Shown one piece after another: positions 24,213 through 37,100 of a stretch of DNA of 64,000 nucleotides; within the stretch, counting starts at the first letter, position 1, and every line of letters starts with the position of its first letter. The position numbers and the translations under genes are program-made. The notes below the pieces were generated by a model. The model saw nothing but the letters and a program-made list of their open reading frames with translations. It did no database searches and had not been told where the DNA came from. The DNA is from Azolla caroliniana (lineage: Eukaryota; Plantae; Polypodiophyta): assembly GCA_043228905.1 (NCBI GenBank), contig JBHGNT010000008.1:1302001-1366000 (forward strand), given 5' to 3'.

Positions 24213-26325
24213 CACAGAGAGTGTGGACCGGTAAGGAAGTGTCCTACCGGCATCTGAAGGTGTTCGGGTGTCTCGCATACGTGCATGTGGCAAAGGACCG
24301 GAGAGGAAAGTTAGATCCAAAGACCCGGCCATGCATATTCCTCGGTTATGGCGACGACGAGTTCGGCTACCGAGTATGGGACCCGGTCGACAAGAAGATA
24401 TTCAGGAGTCGAGATATCATCTTCATGGAGGACAAGACACTCGCCGACTGGGAGTCGGAGAAGAAGATGAAGAGCTCCAAGTCGACCGGTGAGAATCAAC
24501 TCTACGAGGAGCAGTCCCGACCGGCAAGGGACCGGTTAGCACTCGAGGATCCGGCCGAAGACGGTGAAGAAACAGAACCGGCCGAGGAAGATGAAACTGA
24601 TACCGGAACCGGCCCCGATCCCGAAATGGATTCGGATGAAGAGAAAACGGAGGAGCCGGTTACCGAAGCTCCGGAACGGAGATATCCTCTCAGAGAGAGA
24701 AGGGCCCCCCGAAGATTTTCGGATCCAGAGCACGTGTTGCTGACCGACGAGGGGGAGCCGGAGAGCTTTGAAGAAGCAAAGCATGACACCCAGAGCCGCA
24801 AGTGGTTGAGTGCCATGCAGGACGAGATGGATTCCCTGCATGAGAACCACACATATGAACTTGTGGAGTTGTCGAAAGGAAAACGGGCACTTCGAAACAA
24901 GTGGGTGTTCAAGCTGAAACCGGGAGATGCCGGCAACCCCCCGAGATACAAAGCCAGGATCGTGGTGAAGGGGTTCCAGCAGAAGAAGGGCGTCGACTTC
25001 GACGAGATATTTGCCCCGGTAGTGAAGATGACCTCCATCCGGACGGTGCTGAGCATAGCGGCAAGCATGGACCTCGAGGTAGAACAGATGGACGTGAAGA
25101 CGGCATTCCTTCACGGTGACCTCGAAGAAGAGATCTACATGCAGCAACCGGAAGGATTCGAGAAGAAAGGGAAGGAGCACCTGGTATGCCGGTTGAAGAA
25201 GAGCCTTTACGGACTGAAGCAGGCTCCCCGGCAATGGTACCGGAAGTTCGACTCTTTCATGACCGACGAAGGGTACCACAAAACGCAGGCTGATCACTGC
25301 ATATTTGTAAAGAAGTTCGAGGAGGAGACTTTCTAATACTCCTCCTGTACGTGGACGACATGTTGATCGTCGGACGGGACCAGGTCAAGATACGGATGCT
25401 GAAGAAGGCTCTTCACCGAACCTTCTCAATGAAGGACTTGGGTCCGGCGAGGCAAATATTAGGGATGCACATCATCCGGGACCGGAGGAAGAAGCAGTTG
25501 TGGCTGTCACAGGAGAAGTACGTGACAAAGGTGCTTCAACGGTTCAACATGTCGGAAGCAAGATCGGTCGGATCGACCCTCCCGGCAAACTGCAAGTTAT
25601 CCGGCAAGCAAAGTCCCAAGACAAAGGTTGAAAAGGAGGATATGATGAAGATACCATATGCCTCTGCCGTCGGGAGCTTGATGTATGCAATGGTGTGTAC
25701 CCGACCGGACATTGGATATGCAGTCGGAGTGGTGAGCCGGTATATGAGTAATCCCGGCAAGGAACACTGGAACGCGATCAAATGGATACTCCGATACTTA
25801 AAGGGCACTTCGAACATATGCCTCCGATTCGGCTCTGGTAAGCCCGAACTCGATGGATTTACCGATTCGGACATGTCGGCTGATGCGGATACCAGCCGGT
25901 CTACATCTGGGTATGTAATGACATATGCAGGGGGAGCCGTTTCGTGGCAGTCGAGACTGCAGAAGACGGTTGCGTTGTCAACCACGGAAGCGGAGTATAT
26001 GGCGGCTGTTGAAGCCAGCAAGGAAGTAATATGGATGAAGGACTTCATTGGAGAGCTCGGTATCCGGCAGGAGGAGTACCGGCTCTACTGCGATAGTCAG
26101 AGTGCCATCCACCTTGCGAAGAACGCGGCCTACCATTCCCGGACGAAACACATCCAGCGAAGATACCACTGGATCCGGGAAAGGATAGAAGACAAGGAGT
26201 TCGTGCTGACGAAGATCCACACGGACGAGAACGGGTCGGATATGCTGACCAAGGTGCTCACACCCGACAAGCTGGAAGCATGCCGGAAGAGGATCGGATT
26301 GGAGAGACATCCCATGCCGAAGTGA
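24213..26325 (+). pseudogene. Copia C integrase C-terminus, RT and RNase H (3' part), one frameshift near 25320
   Basis: Resumes |PQRVWTGKEVSY. ORFs 24221-25336 and 25351-26325 carry QMDVKTAFLHG, YVDD and LSTTEAEY. Confidence 0.93.
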
Positions 26326-26335
26326 AGGGGGAGTT

Positions 26336-26701
26336 TGTTGGGATTTCGGTCCCTCCGGATGGGATGTCCGGAAATGAATGACGGCAAGCCCGGTTACGGT
26401 TACGGAACCAGAGGATGAAGAGTACCCGGCATGAAGCCGGATGAAGAGTACCCGGCATGAAGCCGGATGAAGAGTACCCGGTTACGGAACCGGATGAAGA
26501 TACAGGCCCGGTGAGAGTACTCACCGGATGTGGGGACATATTTGTGAATATGTTTTCCAAGAGCCCTTTGAGGCTATATTTGTAAATAGCCCGAAAGTCA
26601 TATGTGTATAAATATGACTTAGGGCAAACTGTTTATGGCTGTTGTATGTTGTTGCCTATTGTGTATTGCCACTCTGATGTGTGCAAGAGTGAAGAGAGCA
26701 G

Positions 26702-26734
<33 letters not shown>

Positions 26735-26998
26735 GAAGAGGTCGTTGCCTCTGTGTATTACCGCCGCCTGTGGCGAAGACAGTGAGCTCAAGGTTGTTGC
26801 CTTGTAGCTTCACCATTGTACATCTCTGTTTATAGTGACAGTTGGAGTCTGAGGACTCCCGTGGTTTTTTCCCATTTAGGGTTTTCCACGTAAAACATCC
26901 TGTGCACTCTTCTCTCTATTGTCTTCGTGCTTTTTGAATTTCCTGTTTTCTGTGAGTTGATCCTATTCCTCGGTTGTGGCCGAGCACCGTGTTCAACA
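26336..26998 (+). repeat. 3' LTR of Copia C
   Basis: Near-identical to 14219-14881, followed by TSD taacc. Confidence 0.97.
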
Positions 26999-27023
26999 TA
27001 ACCGAGGGGATGCTACCTAGTCT

Positions 27024-27900
27024 TCAAGCCTCTCTCAAATCAGATCTTGACAAGTTTACGGTGGTGCATTCATAGCACCAATTGTTTGCATTGAAAGCAT
27101 CCGTACAACTATCAACCGAGAGATCAATCCAAGCCACTGCACTCCACAATGTTGTTCCTTCCGCTTCGCATGCAACCAGGAGGTGAGTCACTCTGTCCCA
27201 TACCCTCAAGTTTGAGGGCATTCCCACAAACAATGTCGTGAAGAACAGAATGGGCAAGCTATCAAGCTGCTACGTTTACCTAGACGTTCACTAACAGGGT
27301 CCACGTTATGGCTAATTTGCCACCAAAATAGCTTGATCTTCTCAGGCACGTGGAGATGCCACAAACCCTTCCAAAAGGTATTGAGTACCTCGTTAAGGAT
27401 GCCCAATGTCCGCTAGCCATTGTGTAGGGGACCGTCCAACCGCAATGGTATAGCCCGACCCAATTTAGTGTTGTAATTGAAGAAGTGGCACAGTTTGCCA
27501 CTGTGTTTCCACCTGAAATCCCCTGAGTCCCATTCTAGTTTCGCGAGGGGCCATCAACCATAGACCCACAACTTCTAGTGGGACTCCACCTTAGCAACAT
27601 CAGGGTCCATCTTCCAGTTCTTATCAGCTTGCGCCACCACTTTGATTGGGTGCCAAGTGCCCCTGCTTTGGCTCTCCCCAAATAATGTAGCTCCTCTAGA
27701 TCCGCTCAAGCCCTTCAACAAATTAACTATTCCAACCTCATCAAAGAGATCGAACCATGTATCTCCTCTCCCATCCCCCACCAAAACCCCTTCAATTGCC
27801 TTTGCTATCAATCTCCTCATTTTCATAGCTCCCTTGAGGGGAGGGAATGGGTCCTCATGTGCTCCTCCTAGAACCACCATGCATCTCCAATCACCTATAG
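27024..27900 (-). pseudogene. LINE ORF2 C-terminal (zf-RVT-like) fragment
   Basis: LWHLHVPEKIKLFWWQISHN...CPFC...HCLWEC matches the plant LINE zf-RVT pattern. Confidence 0.6.
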
Positions 27901-29757
27901 TTGTCTAGTCCATTCAATTAGTGTCTCTGGGGTGTGCTTGACCAAATGTTGTCGCATGTGACACCATGCCCGCAAGATGGAGTTCGTTACCTTATCCTCT
28001 GGATGATAGGTCATCTTGGGTGGGACTCCATTCGTGCAACAATAGTTCAAGGAGTCAAGCTAAGGCCTACCGTACTTGGGAGTCCCCCTACTTGCAACCT
28101 ATTGCGAACGAGTACCTTCCAACACTCCTTACCTGGCAGGAGGCAACGAACCACCATTTTGGCTACCAATGCTTGTATCAAATATCTTGTATTACATAAA
28201 CTTGAGTCCAACATCAAATATCTTGTAAAGAATACAATCCACTACTTAGTGAACTCAAAACCACATTTTTCTAGAATAGGACAAATAAAGGACGAAATTG
28301 TCATCTATGTAGTGTATATAAATATATACACTATCCACTACACACATTTGAATTTTATGGGGTTCTGAAATTGGGAATAGGAAACCACATATCTTGCACC
28401 AAAAGTTTCTACACATTGTCTAAACTGCTGATCTAAAAAGAGAACCCCACAACCACTAGATTTTTTATGAGAGATTGATGCAAATGCAAGGACTAGTTCA
28501 AAGAAGGCTCCATCGGAATATTCATAAGATTCCCCCCAACTGATTCAATAAATTGTATCCATTAAGCACGTTCCTGAATCCTAAGTACCATATACACAAT
28601 TAAAATCAAGATAAATGGCACACATTGAAGGTGGTACAATCAAATTTTAAAGCTGCATTTAGTTTTCTTAACGTGATTGGTAGGCAAAGAATCATCTATA
28701 GAATTTCATTTCATGTCCTGAACCGTTTTAGCAAACTAAACACAACTAGAAAGGCCTTCTCTTAGCTTAGATGTTATCAAAGCCATGTATACACAACTCT
28801 AAATACATTAGCTTGGAAAGATTTCACAACTCAAAATTGGATGCAAATGCTTTCAACAAGTTTTGGGAATCCAGTTCTGCTACAAGGGTATTGTTTTCGC
28901 CATCAAGAAGGTTAAAATCCATAAATACTTGTTTGATATCAACTTCCCTCATTTTGAGAAATATGAATAGAACATCTCAATAGAGAGATGGTAAATGAAG
29001 TGTGTAGGTGAAGCATTAAAATATCCATTGAGTTGTGTTTTTCAAGAGCCTTCAAGCCCAATTGGAGCCTTGTTAGGCTTATTTTTTGCCTCAAGATACG
29101 AGTAAAGGCCATATATGTAGGCTACAAATAGTAGAAATATATTTTACCTTTCCTAAATGCAGGAGGAAGACATAGAGTCTTGGTTCCCACCACATGTGCA
29201 TGTGGTATGAAATTCAATAACAAAATTTAAAATTAGACCTTAACCTTGCTTGCTCATTTGTGGATAAACTGCAGGTTGAGGATTGCCACCAATTCTTAGC
29301 TCCTAGTTTGCCTTTGCAAACTCTATTATCCAAAGAGTGTGCATGGGATTGTGGCCCGAACCATGGCTAGATATATTTTACATTGATCTACAGTAACCAG
29401 TCAGCAAATCCTCAAAGAATTCGTTGCGTTAAGGAATTCCTAATCTTTTGTGACTACAATGATATTGTTATGTCTGAAAAACAGGTGGGCTAAATATAGC
29501 TGATCATATATTTGCACTCCTTTGAAAATTATCACATGATCTCCTCGAACTAAGGACAATCATTTTCTTGTTCTCATTTGACCATTTTCTTATTCTTTCA
29601 ATTTAATGACTTGAATATTGACTGAGAAAGAAACATTATATTGAATGTCTTGAATGTCTTGAAGACGAGAAAAAAACAGCCCATGATACAAAACATATAA
29701 TATCAATGGCCATAAAACATATCTTAACCAACCAAAAGATAATGACACCTTGTGTAA

Positions 29758-31828
29758 TCATCTCAAGGAGCTACAATAACCCAATACACAGTTAAAGGCC
29801 ATTGCATTACAATATTCTACCTGTAAGTTGATGCCTAAGACTTTTTCCCTAACCTTCATCCCAAAAGGGATTTTAATTGATTATAAACTTCTAAACATAA
29901 TCCATCCCGATTGCTTCTGTCAAGTGTGTATACTTTAGTGTCTGAATGGCTTCTAAGTTGTGCCACTGTAAGAAATGTACACGGTAAGTTGTCTATGTTA
30001 GGAAGTTATGACACAATTTTGATTAGCTATATCTTCTTTATAATAAAAAAACGAACCTTCAGGGATATCCCTCCCATATTTAGGTATAGGTATAGATGCT
30101 AACACTGGGACATCAGAGTTAAATATTTGCCAAACAGCAGGGAAAAACTGTGCACTGAAGAGCTCCATTTTACCAACTTCGTCGATGATAAAGAGATGAG
30201 CCACTTGATTCAGCTGCACATCAAATTATTTCACAAATGAACATTTTCCAACATACATACATAAATGCACATAAACACACACATAAATGTAAATAAGTAA
30301 ACACAACAGTATATATATTTACACATTGCATATATATGTGAGAGAAAGATGTACCTCTAGTTCTGGTAATGCAAGCCTTTCAAAGCTTTCCACATCAACC
30401 TTGTATTTTCCCACATTTGGCCATTGGCTCCTCCCAACACTGTACGATACGGCATATAATGATACCATAGACTATACTGAAATGCCGTTGTATGTTCTAA
30501 CAAGTACTCCACCTCTACGAGAGGGGAAAAACCATCTTTAGAAATTATAACAGATTACAACTTACCCTGACCTACCCTGATTGAGTGGAAGCTAGAGCTC
30601 CACTTCGGCCATCGACTGTCACTACCTCAAACCCTACTCTTTCACCAGATTCTCTTTTTTCACCTGCCATAGTAAAGCACATATGTTCAGTGTGGGCGAA
30701 AACTTCTTGAAAACGTCGGGTTCTTAAAATACAATATAAACAACAGGAGAGGGAATTGAGTTAGGACTGTGTGTAAAATGATGTAAATAATTTAAATAAC
30801 CTAGATTGAAGAAAGTGGATGCGTTAGATTCAACTCTCCTATATGAGAGTCTATTCCTAACCTTAGTATTGGCTCGTAAATTCTAATCAAGGTTGTGCAT
30901 GCACATAATGAGAACAGGCATAAAGATATTTACTTGTGAATAAACATTACATGTCAATTCAGCAATTTGTACATAATTGTACTTGAAGCAATGTAATAGT
31001 CTCCATTGACAAATGATAGATCAATCATCATAAATTGTTCAACTTCATGTAGCGCAATTTAGTACTGTCTATTAAGCTACAACACATTCAACAATGCATG
31101 GCAGAGCTCAATTGCATTTTGCCAATGTTGAATAAAATCAGACTGGGCATTCCAAATCTTCTTAAAGCATTCTACTAATTTTTCAATCTCATAACTATAG
31201 AAATGGGGGAAGGAAACAATAACTCGGAATAACCATACTCATAAATTCCCTTCTTAATGTGAAAAATAGTATGGCCTTATTTCCTATTAACCTAACATCT
31301 AGGCAGCGAATTTTATATGGGGAAAGACCATAGAATCGAAATCCCTACTTATGCATATTAAATCCATTTTTAGACAAAAGTCGGGTAGGCTCCTTTATTA
31401 ACCTGCAAGAGATACGCAGCAATACATGGCCAGAGATCAACGATCCTAAAGCTCAAACACTTCAAAAGAATCAATGGAAAACCATCCAAAAATGAAACAA
31501 TGTAGCAGCAAAACCCTTCGCAAACTCAAAAGTACATGGCAAGAATTAATGGGTGAAAAAGAAAAAACTAAAGAAACATTTTGAAGAGAACTTACATGTA
31601 TAGAAACCTCGCATGACGAGATGTGGATGAGATAGCTTTAGCTTCTCCATAACCCTAGTGATAAGGGTGGTTTTACCAATGCCCTGTGGGAGGGGATAAC
31701 AGAAACAGAGCAAAATTGAGAGGCTAATGATGATAATAATAAAGAGAGAGAGCTTGAGAGGGGGGAATGGCAGATCTTCTTACTGGAGAGCCTGTGATGA
31801 GGAGGCGTTTGGGTGAGCTCGCCATCAT
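29758..31828 (-). CDS. NTPCR/THEP1-family P-loop nucleoside triphosphatase (NTPase_1), 6 exons; last exon end uncertain
   Basis: GT-AG exons 31828-31784, 31683-31596, 30663-30576, 30439-30355, 30213-30057 and 29965-29758 join in phase. Walker A ITGSPGIGKTT, RGFYT..REsGeRvGF, VGKYKVD, Walker B IIDEVGKMELFS. Confidence 0.9.
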
Positions 31829-32056
31829 TTCTTTCTTCCTATATTTCTTATTCTGCTACTTCTTCTTCTTCTTCTTCTGCTTTTTCTGCTTTTTCTGCTT
31901 TTTCTGATTTTAGAGGCTTCCTTGATCTATTCCTCTATTTAGAGAAATTTACAAACTTAGCCCACATTTTGCCAATTGGCAAACCCATCACACTCAAATC
32001 TTTGCCTTATGAACTCATATACATATATATGTATATACACTTTTGAACTCATACAC

Positions 32057-32290
32057 TTCTAGATGATCTTCATGCAAAGAGAATGACAAATACATTCTCG
32101 GAATTTGAATGTATTCGTAATCATACACTCTCAGAATTTGAAAGTCGTCCGAATGCAGAGAAATCCAAATGATGTGCATTCCTATTCTCTTATATAAGAA
32201 CATAAATTTGAGAGCAAGAATATATAGCATTCGGAATTTCAAATTTTGAGAACTTATTTGTTGTTCTCTTTGCATGAGGATAAACTAGAA
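32057..32290. mobile_element. MITE-like inverted-repeat element upstream of the NTPase gene
   Basis: ~50-bp imperfect terminal inverted repeats (ttctagatgatcttcatgcaaagagaatgacaaata / tatttgttgttctctttgcatgaggataaactagaa); cac on both flanks. Confidence 0.5.
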
Positions 32291-34153
32291 CACTTGGAAT
32301 AGAAGAAATGGTTCATGGGGACCAATTTATAAGCAAAAACATGTTTAATTATTCTGAAACAATATTGTAGTACATTTTAAAACATTGTCAAATGACTCCT
32401 CAAGACTTAAACATAACACACGCCAATGTATAACAAAATAAGTTGTGAACAATTTAATTCCTAAAACTCTCATGACTTCATAAAGCGCATACATGATTCC
32501 TCAACTTTTCAAAGTTCATTTCGCAAAAAAGTTTATAAGTTTATGTTATTTATGTGTGTGTGGAAATTGGACACTAGCATATATGTACATTGTAAACTAG
32601 AAATATCTTCTTAGTTGACAGGACCCTTGGTCCATTTCCATTATCCTCATCAACTATAGGTGGGAAACTTACTTCCTTGTGTAAACCAATAAATTTTTCA
32701 TTCACGTCATGAGAATCAAAGAAAGGTCATCACATGCATATTTGTTGCTACTAAAGTGGTTTTCAAGTTGACTTCTCCTCCTGGTTGCAATGTCACCCAT
32801 GGTGTCGAACACTCTCTATTGATGACGAGCTACAAGATTGTGATGGAATTTTAATGTGAGAATGAGCTCTTGTGGGGGGGTTTGTTATAATTAAACTTTT
32901 TATCATCTTCTCATTTATTATCGAGAACACCATTCCCAATAGTTGGGAAAGTAGCTTCCAACAACTTTCTATTAAGACCCAAACCGAAGCATAGTTGGGC
33001 TAGTTGTGTGAGTTTAAAAGATAATACAATTCCATAAATATAACCTTTTTTAATAATAGTGTTTCATAATGCTTTATATTATTAAATACAAAGTTTGTGT
33101 GCCCAAGCACTGAACGAAAATTGTTGAGAAATATTTTGCAACATGGATTGATCATATGGAGATTTCCTCAAAAAGATCTTGAAGAAACAGAATTCATGAA
33201 AAATGGGCAGATACAAAAATATCATGCAACAAGAGATGATCGTACAGTGATTGATTGCCTCAAAATGAACTTCAACTACAATGCATGAAAAATGGGTTGA
33301 TGGAACACCACATGGTTGCATGACATCCACATTATAACAAAAAATCTAAACTGATTCAGAAATTGAACATATTGCAAGATGGATCCTTGTTTTAAGTTCT
33401 CAATGAGGATTAACATTAAACAAAAGAACAAATTGCGAAAGCACTTCTTTACAATGTACTAGTCCTTGATTGGTCAGCTAATCTTTTTCCCTCAACAAAA
33501 AGGAATACTTTTCTTCAGTCCATTAACTCCAAAATTAGAGAAGTACATACTTTAATTTTCCTACTTTTTGGTGAAAGTTGATTGAATACCTATCAAATTT
33601 AAGCAAGAGAATTCTTCAGTTTGAAGTTCATATCAAACATTGAATGAACTTTACTTTCTCCCAATGTATTTCTTTATGGATGATAAACACATGGCTTCTG
33701 ATGCAATTGTTTCTCTATGATCAGTTCATATGTATATGCATCCACTTGCGGAATACAGGTCAATAATTACAGAGGGCTCCAGAGTAAAAGCAATTGTTGT
33801 ATACATCACAATATGAATATCATTAACTGAGTCTTTGCTTGCTTGAAATTGAACAAATGCCCCAAAAACTATGACTATGACCATGTATTATTGTGTTTCG
33901 TTAGCATCAGAATTGGATCCATCGAGAGTGCGGATGAGTAGAAACATTCTACTGAATAAAACATCTAAGTGCTTCTTCATAAATTTTCACCTGGTCTAAC
34001 CGCATACATAACATCAGGAGAAACACCTTTGGAAATGCCCAAGGAAAGAATGTGCTGCAATCTGATGCCTAAGTTTAATCTCCCTTGACAATTGGAATGA
34101 TTTCCAATCTAGCCAATTGAATGTCAATTCCCAGATCAATAAACCTGTGCATA

Positions 34154-37100
34154 TCAAAACTCCTCGATTGACTGTTGAATAGCTTTTATTAATGCCCTTG
34201 GTTCATAAATGATGCCAACTTTATCATCTAACATGCTCTCCACAGTTACCTGTTCTTGCAACAGCACAAAACAAAACTCATATCTCCGGTTTTCTTTTGA
34301 CATAGAAAAACAGTAGTGAGAGAATTTATCTTATCACAACCTTACAATCAAGCTACACATGTCCTAGACCACACGAATGTCTTCATTCTACTTAATGTTT
34401 GATCGATAGATAAAATTTAAGCATTATATTAGAATTCTTATGCTAAACATGAAAATTGTGAGAAGCTGATATTTGAATTGCCAAAGCTCAGACCTTACCA
34501 CTTTAGTAATACCCAATGTTGTCAACCTATCCAAATCCACATGAATCCCACCTCCATTTGGTGCAAGAATACAATTAACATATGCAGTGGCCTACAATAC
34601 AATCTTATAACATCAATGAGTTTGGGAAAGCTTTTTCCTTGCAGAAACTAAATGCAATACACAAGCAATATGTATAACCTATTATTACTTATCTTTCATA
34701 AATACTTACAGGATAATGCAAGCACTTCTGAGGATCTCCATATTTCCTATTCAATGCATTGCAGATGGACATAACAAAATCTGAAGCTAACATCCCACAT
34801 GTCTCTCTATCATGTGTTCCATTGAGAACCAGCATCTGCAAAGCAAGGACAATAGTAGTTACGACAAACTTGTAGAAAAGTTCCTTGACAGAACTTTTGA
34901 CACATTGTCTTAATAAGTCTGCATTTTGATATATACAGACAATCTCAAACTCTTCATACTTTCAGACATGTTCGCTCAGCAATTACTTCCCCCACACCAC
35001 AAAGCACCTGCTCCACAGAGATTACAAATATGCTGAAGAATCTTCTTCCTGCATGAGCTTTTAGTAACTTATCTTAAACTAATAGATATCCTTCCCAAGG
35101 AAAGCGCGGAACTTAGGGCATATGAATTTTGCTTTCTTTCTCTAAACTGTGGAACAAACCAGTGAAGGGCAGATAGAAGTGAACAGTGAGCCCATTCCAT
35201 AAACAACTGCATGGACCTGCTTGAGATGCTCCAAAACAACTGGATTGACAGCAGGAAATACCTACATATGTTTCACACATTTCAATGTTGAGACAGAAAA
35301 TTACGGATATACTAAAACTACAAAGAGCAATAGAAACCTCTCAAAATCAGTTTGACTAGCATAAACAACATGATAACAGACCTCGTGCAACAGATTGGTA
35401 CCCTCACTTGACATGTAGAAAATGCGCTTAATTCTTGCTGGAAGTCTGCCTGACGACTGTAGACACTGTATCACACCAATCAAATATTAGGTGCACAGCA
35501 TGAAATCTATCATTCTATGACAATGAAAAAAGATTGTGGTGATTACATTTCGTTGTATTAAAATAGAAAACAAGCATCAAATTTTTTTTAAGTACACAAA
35601 GGATGTAGCATAATTGCCACATTTTGGCCTTATGATATTGCGAATTTTGTTTCTTCACCTGTGGCCCAGGAAAACAGATATTACGATATACCATTTTTCA
35701 TACCCATTGGTCTCTCAACAATATCCGCCCAGCATAGCTGGAAATAATAATATCTACCTCCATGTTCTAGAATGACTACAATGAGGTAAAGCCTTCAATT
35801 TCAAGTGGGTTCACTTTCTATAACCGCTGTTTACTTTGCATTCACGCCATTGTTATTGGGGGCAAGAAGGAGCCGGGATAGAAAATGAGCAATTCCAATA
35901 AAAAAATTCGAAAGTTAGGTTGGCTCGTCAAAACTTATGGGACGTACCATTTAAACATTCATCAATGTCTCAACAACGTTCTCCAGAACATCAAGTCTGG
36001 AAAAGAATGATAGCTAGCTTCATGGTCTAGAATGATTACTTTGGAGTAATGCCTGAAAATTTTCACAGTGGGTTAGCTTTCTATTAAACACTGTTTACTT
36101 TACATCTGTGACTTGGGATCCAGAAACAACTAGGATAGAAGACAGGATCAATTCCCCTAAAAGATTCGGAAAGCTAAGTTTTCTATTACCAAGTATACCT
36201 TAGGTTCAATGTAGTGTAGCCATTTCGGAAAGTCTGCAGTGCAGCCACTGTTTATACTGTTTCCCGACGAAAAGTGTTTATTCTTACTTCAGATTTCCAT
36301 ATACATCAGCTTAACAAAGGTACAAAAAGCCCTAAATTTGCAACTTGGAGGTACAGGGAACAGAAATGTGGTGGTTTATTATTTCAGTCCACACCAGTTT
36401 CTAAGAAAAGAGCCTCAGGTACAAACAAATGCTGCATTTCCATCACATTATCAAAAGTATCAAAATTACGGTCCTGAGTTAAAAATAGCTGATTATTTCA
36501 GCAAGATGGGGAATTAGGAAAGCTCAAAATGAGGATGTGGCCGACTCAGGCCTTATATTTTATTCAGGCAATTGGGTATTTATGTAGCCATTTAACAAAT
36601 CCTTGTATTTCATACTTCTTATCCATATCCATTTCTACTTTGAAATGTTCGCACTTCAATGCATGTGCTAGTATTATTTGTCCCAATCATTCTATTTGAA
36701 GTAGATGTTAAACTACCAGCTAGATGTCTTATGCAAATACAGTTAAACTTCAGCTGCAGCCACTCAATGATCATATAATGCTTAATTATATGCATAAAAA
36801 ATAATAGCAAGAAGATAAAAAGTTTAACTTTCTATAATGTAAAACCTTATTTACGGATTGTGAAAGTATTTTAACAGAGCTTGATGTATGTGGATGAGAT
36901 ATCTCATTCTGTCCACGAATCACAGTACCATCCTGCCCAACAGATATTGCATGTCAAAACTTTTTCTGATGGAAGCAAAAATCATGTAGTCATGAAAATT
37001 AAGCCTAGAACTTACTTGCAGTTCACATCCAAGTGTGAGACGGTCATTGGTACAAATAACTGGAAGAATGAAACTGTTTGTTGGAATTTGAGAGACACGG

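Larger units (their letters stand above)
14219..26998 (+). mobile_element. Young Ty1/Copia LTR retrotransposon C (Tnt1/Tto1/Tork-like), interrupted by Gypsy D
   Basis: 663-bp LTRs 14219-14881 and 26336-26998 (about 3 differences), perfect 5-bp TSD TAACC, iMet PBS 14885-14896, PPT aagggggag 26325-26333. Gag CFYCGKPGHFQKNC, PR WVVDSGAS, IN, RT YVDD, RNase H GSDMLTK. Confidence 0.97.

Noticed and set aside
13632-27016. Possible older minus-strand solo LTR hosting Copia C
   Set aside because: LTR-like composition and a ...ggatgctac end, but no matching TSD or intact termini.
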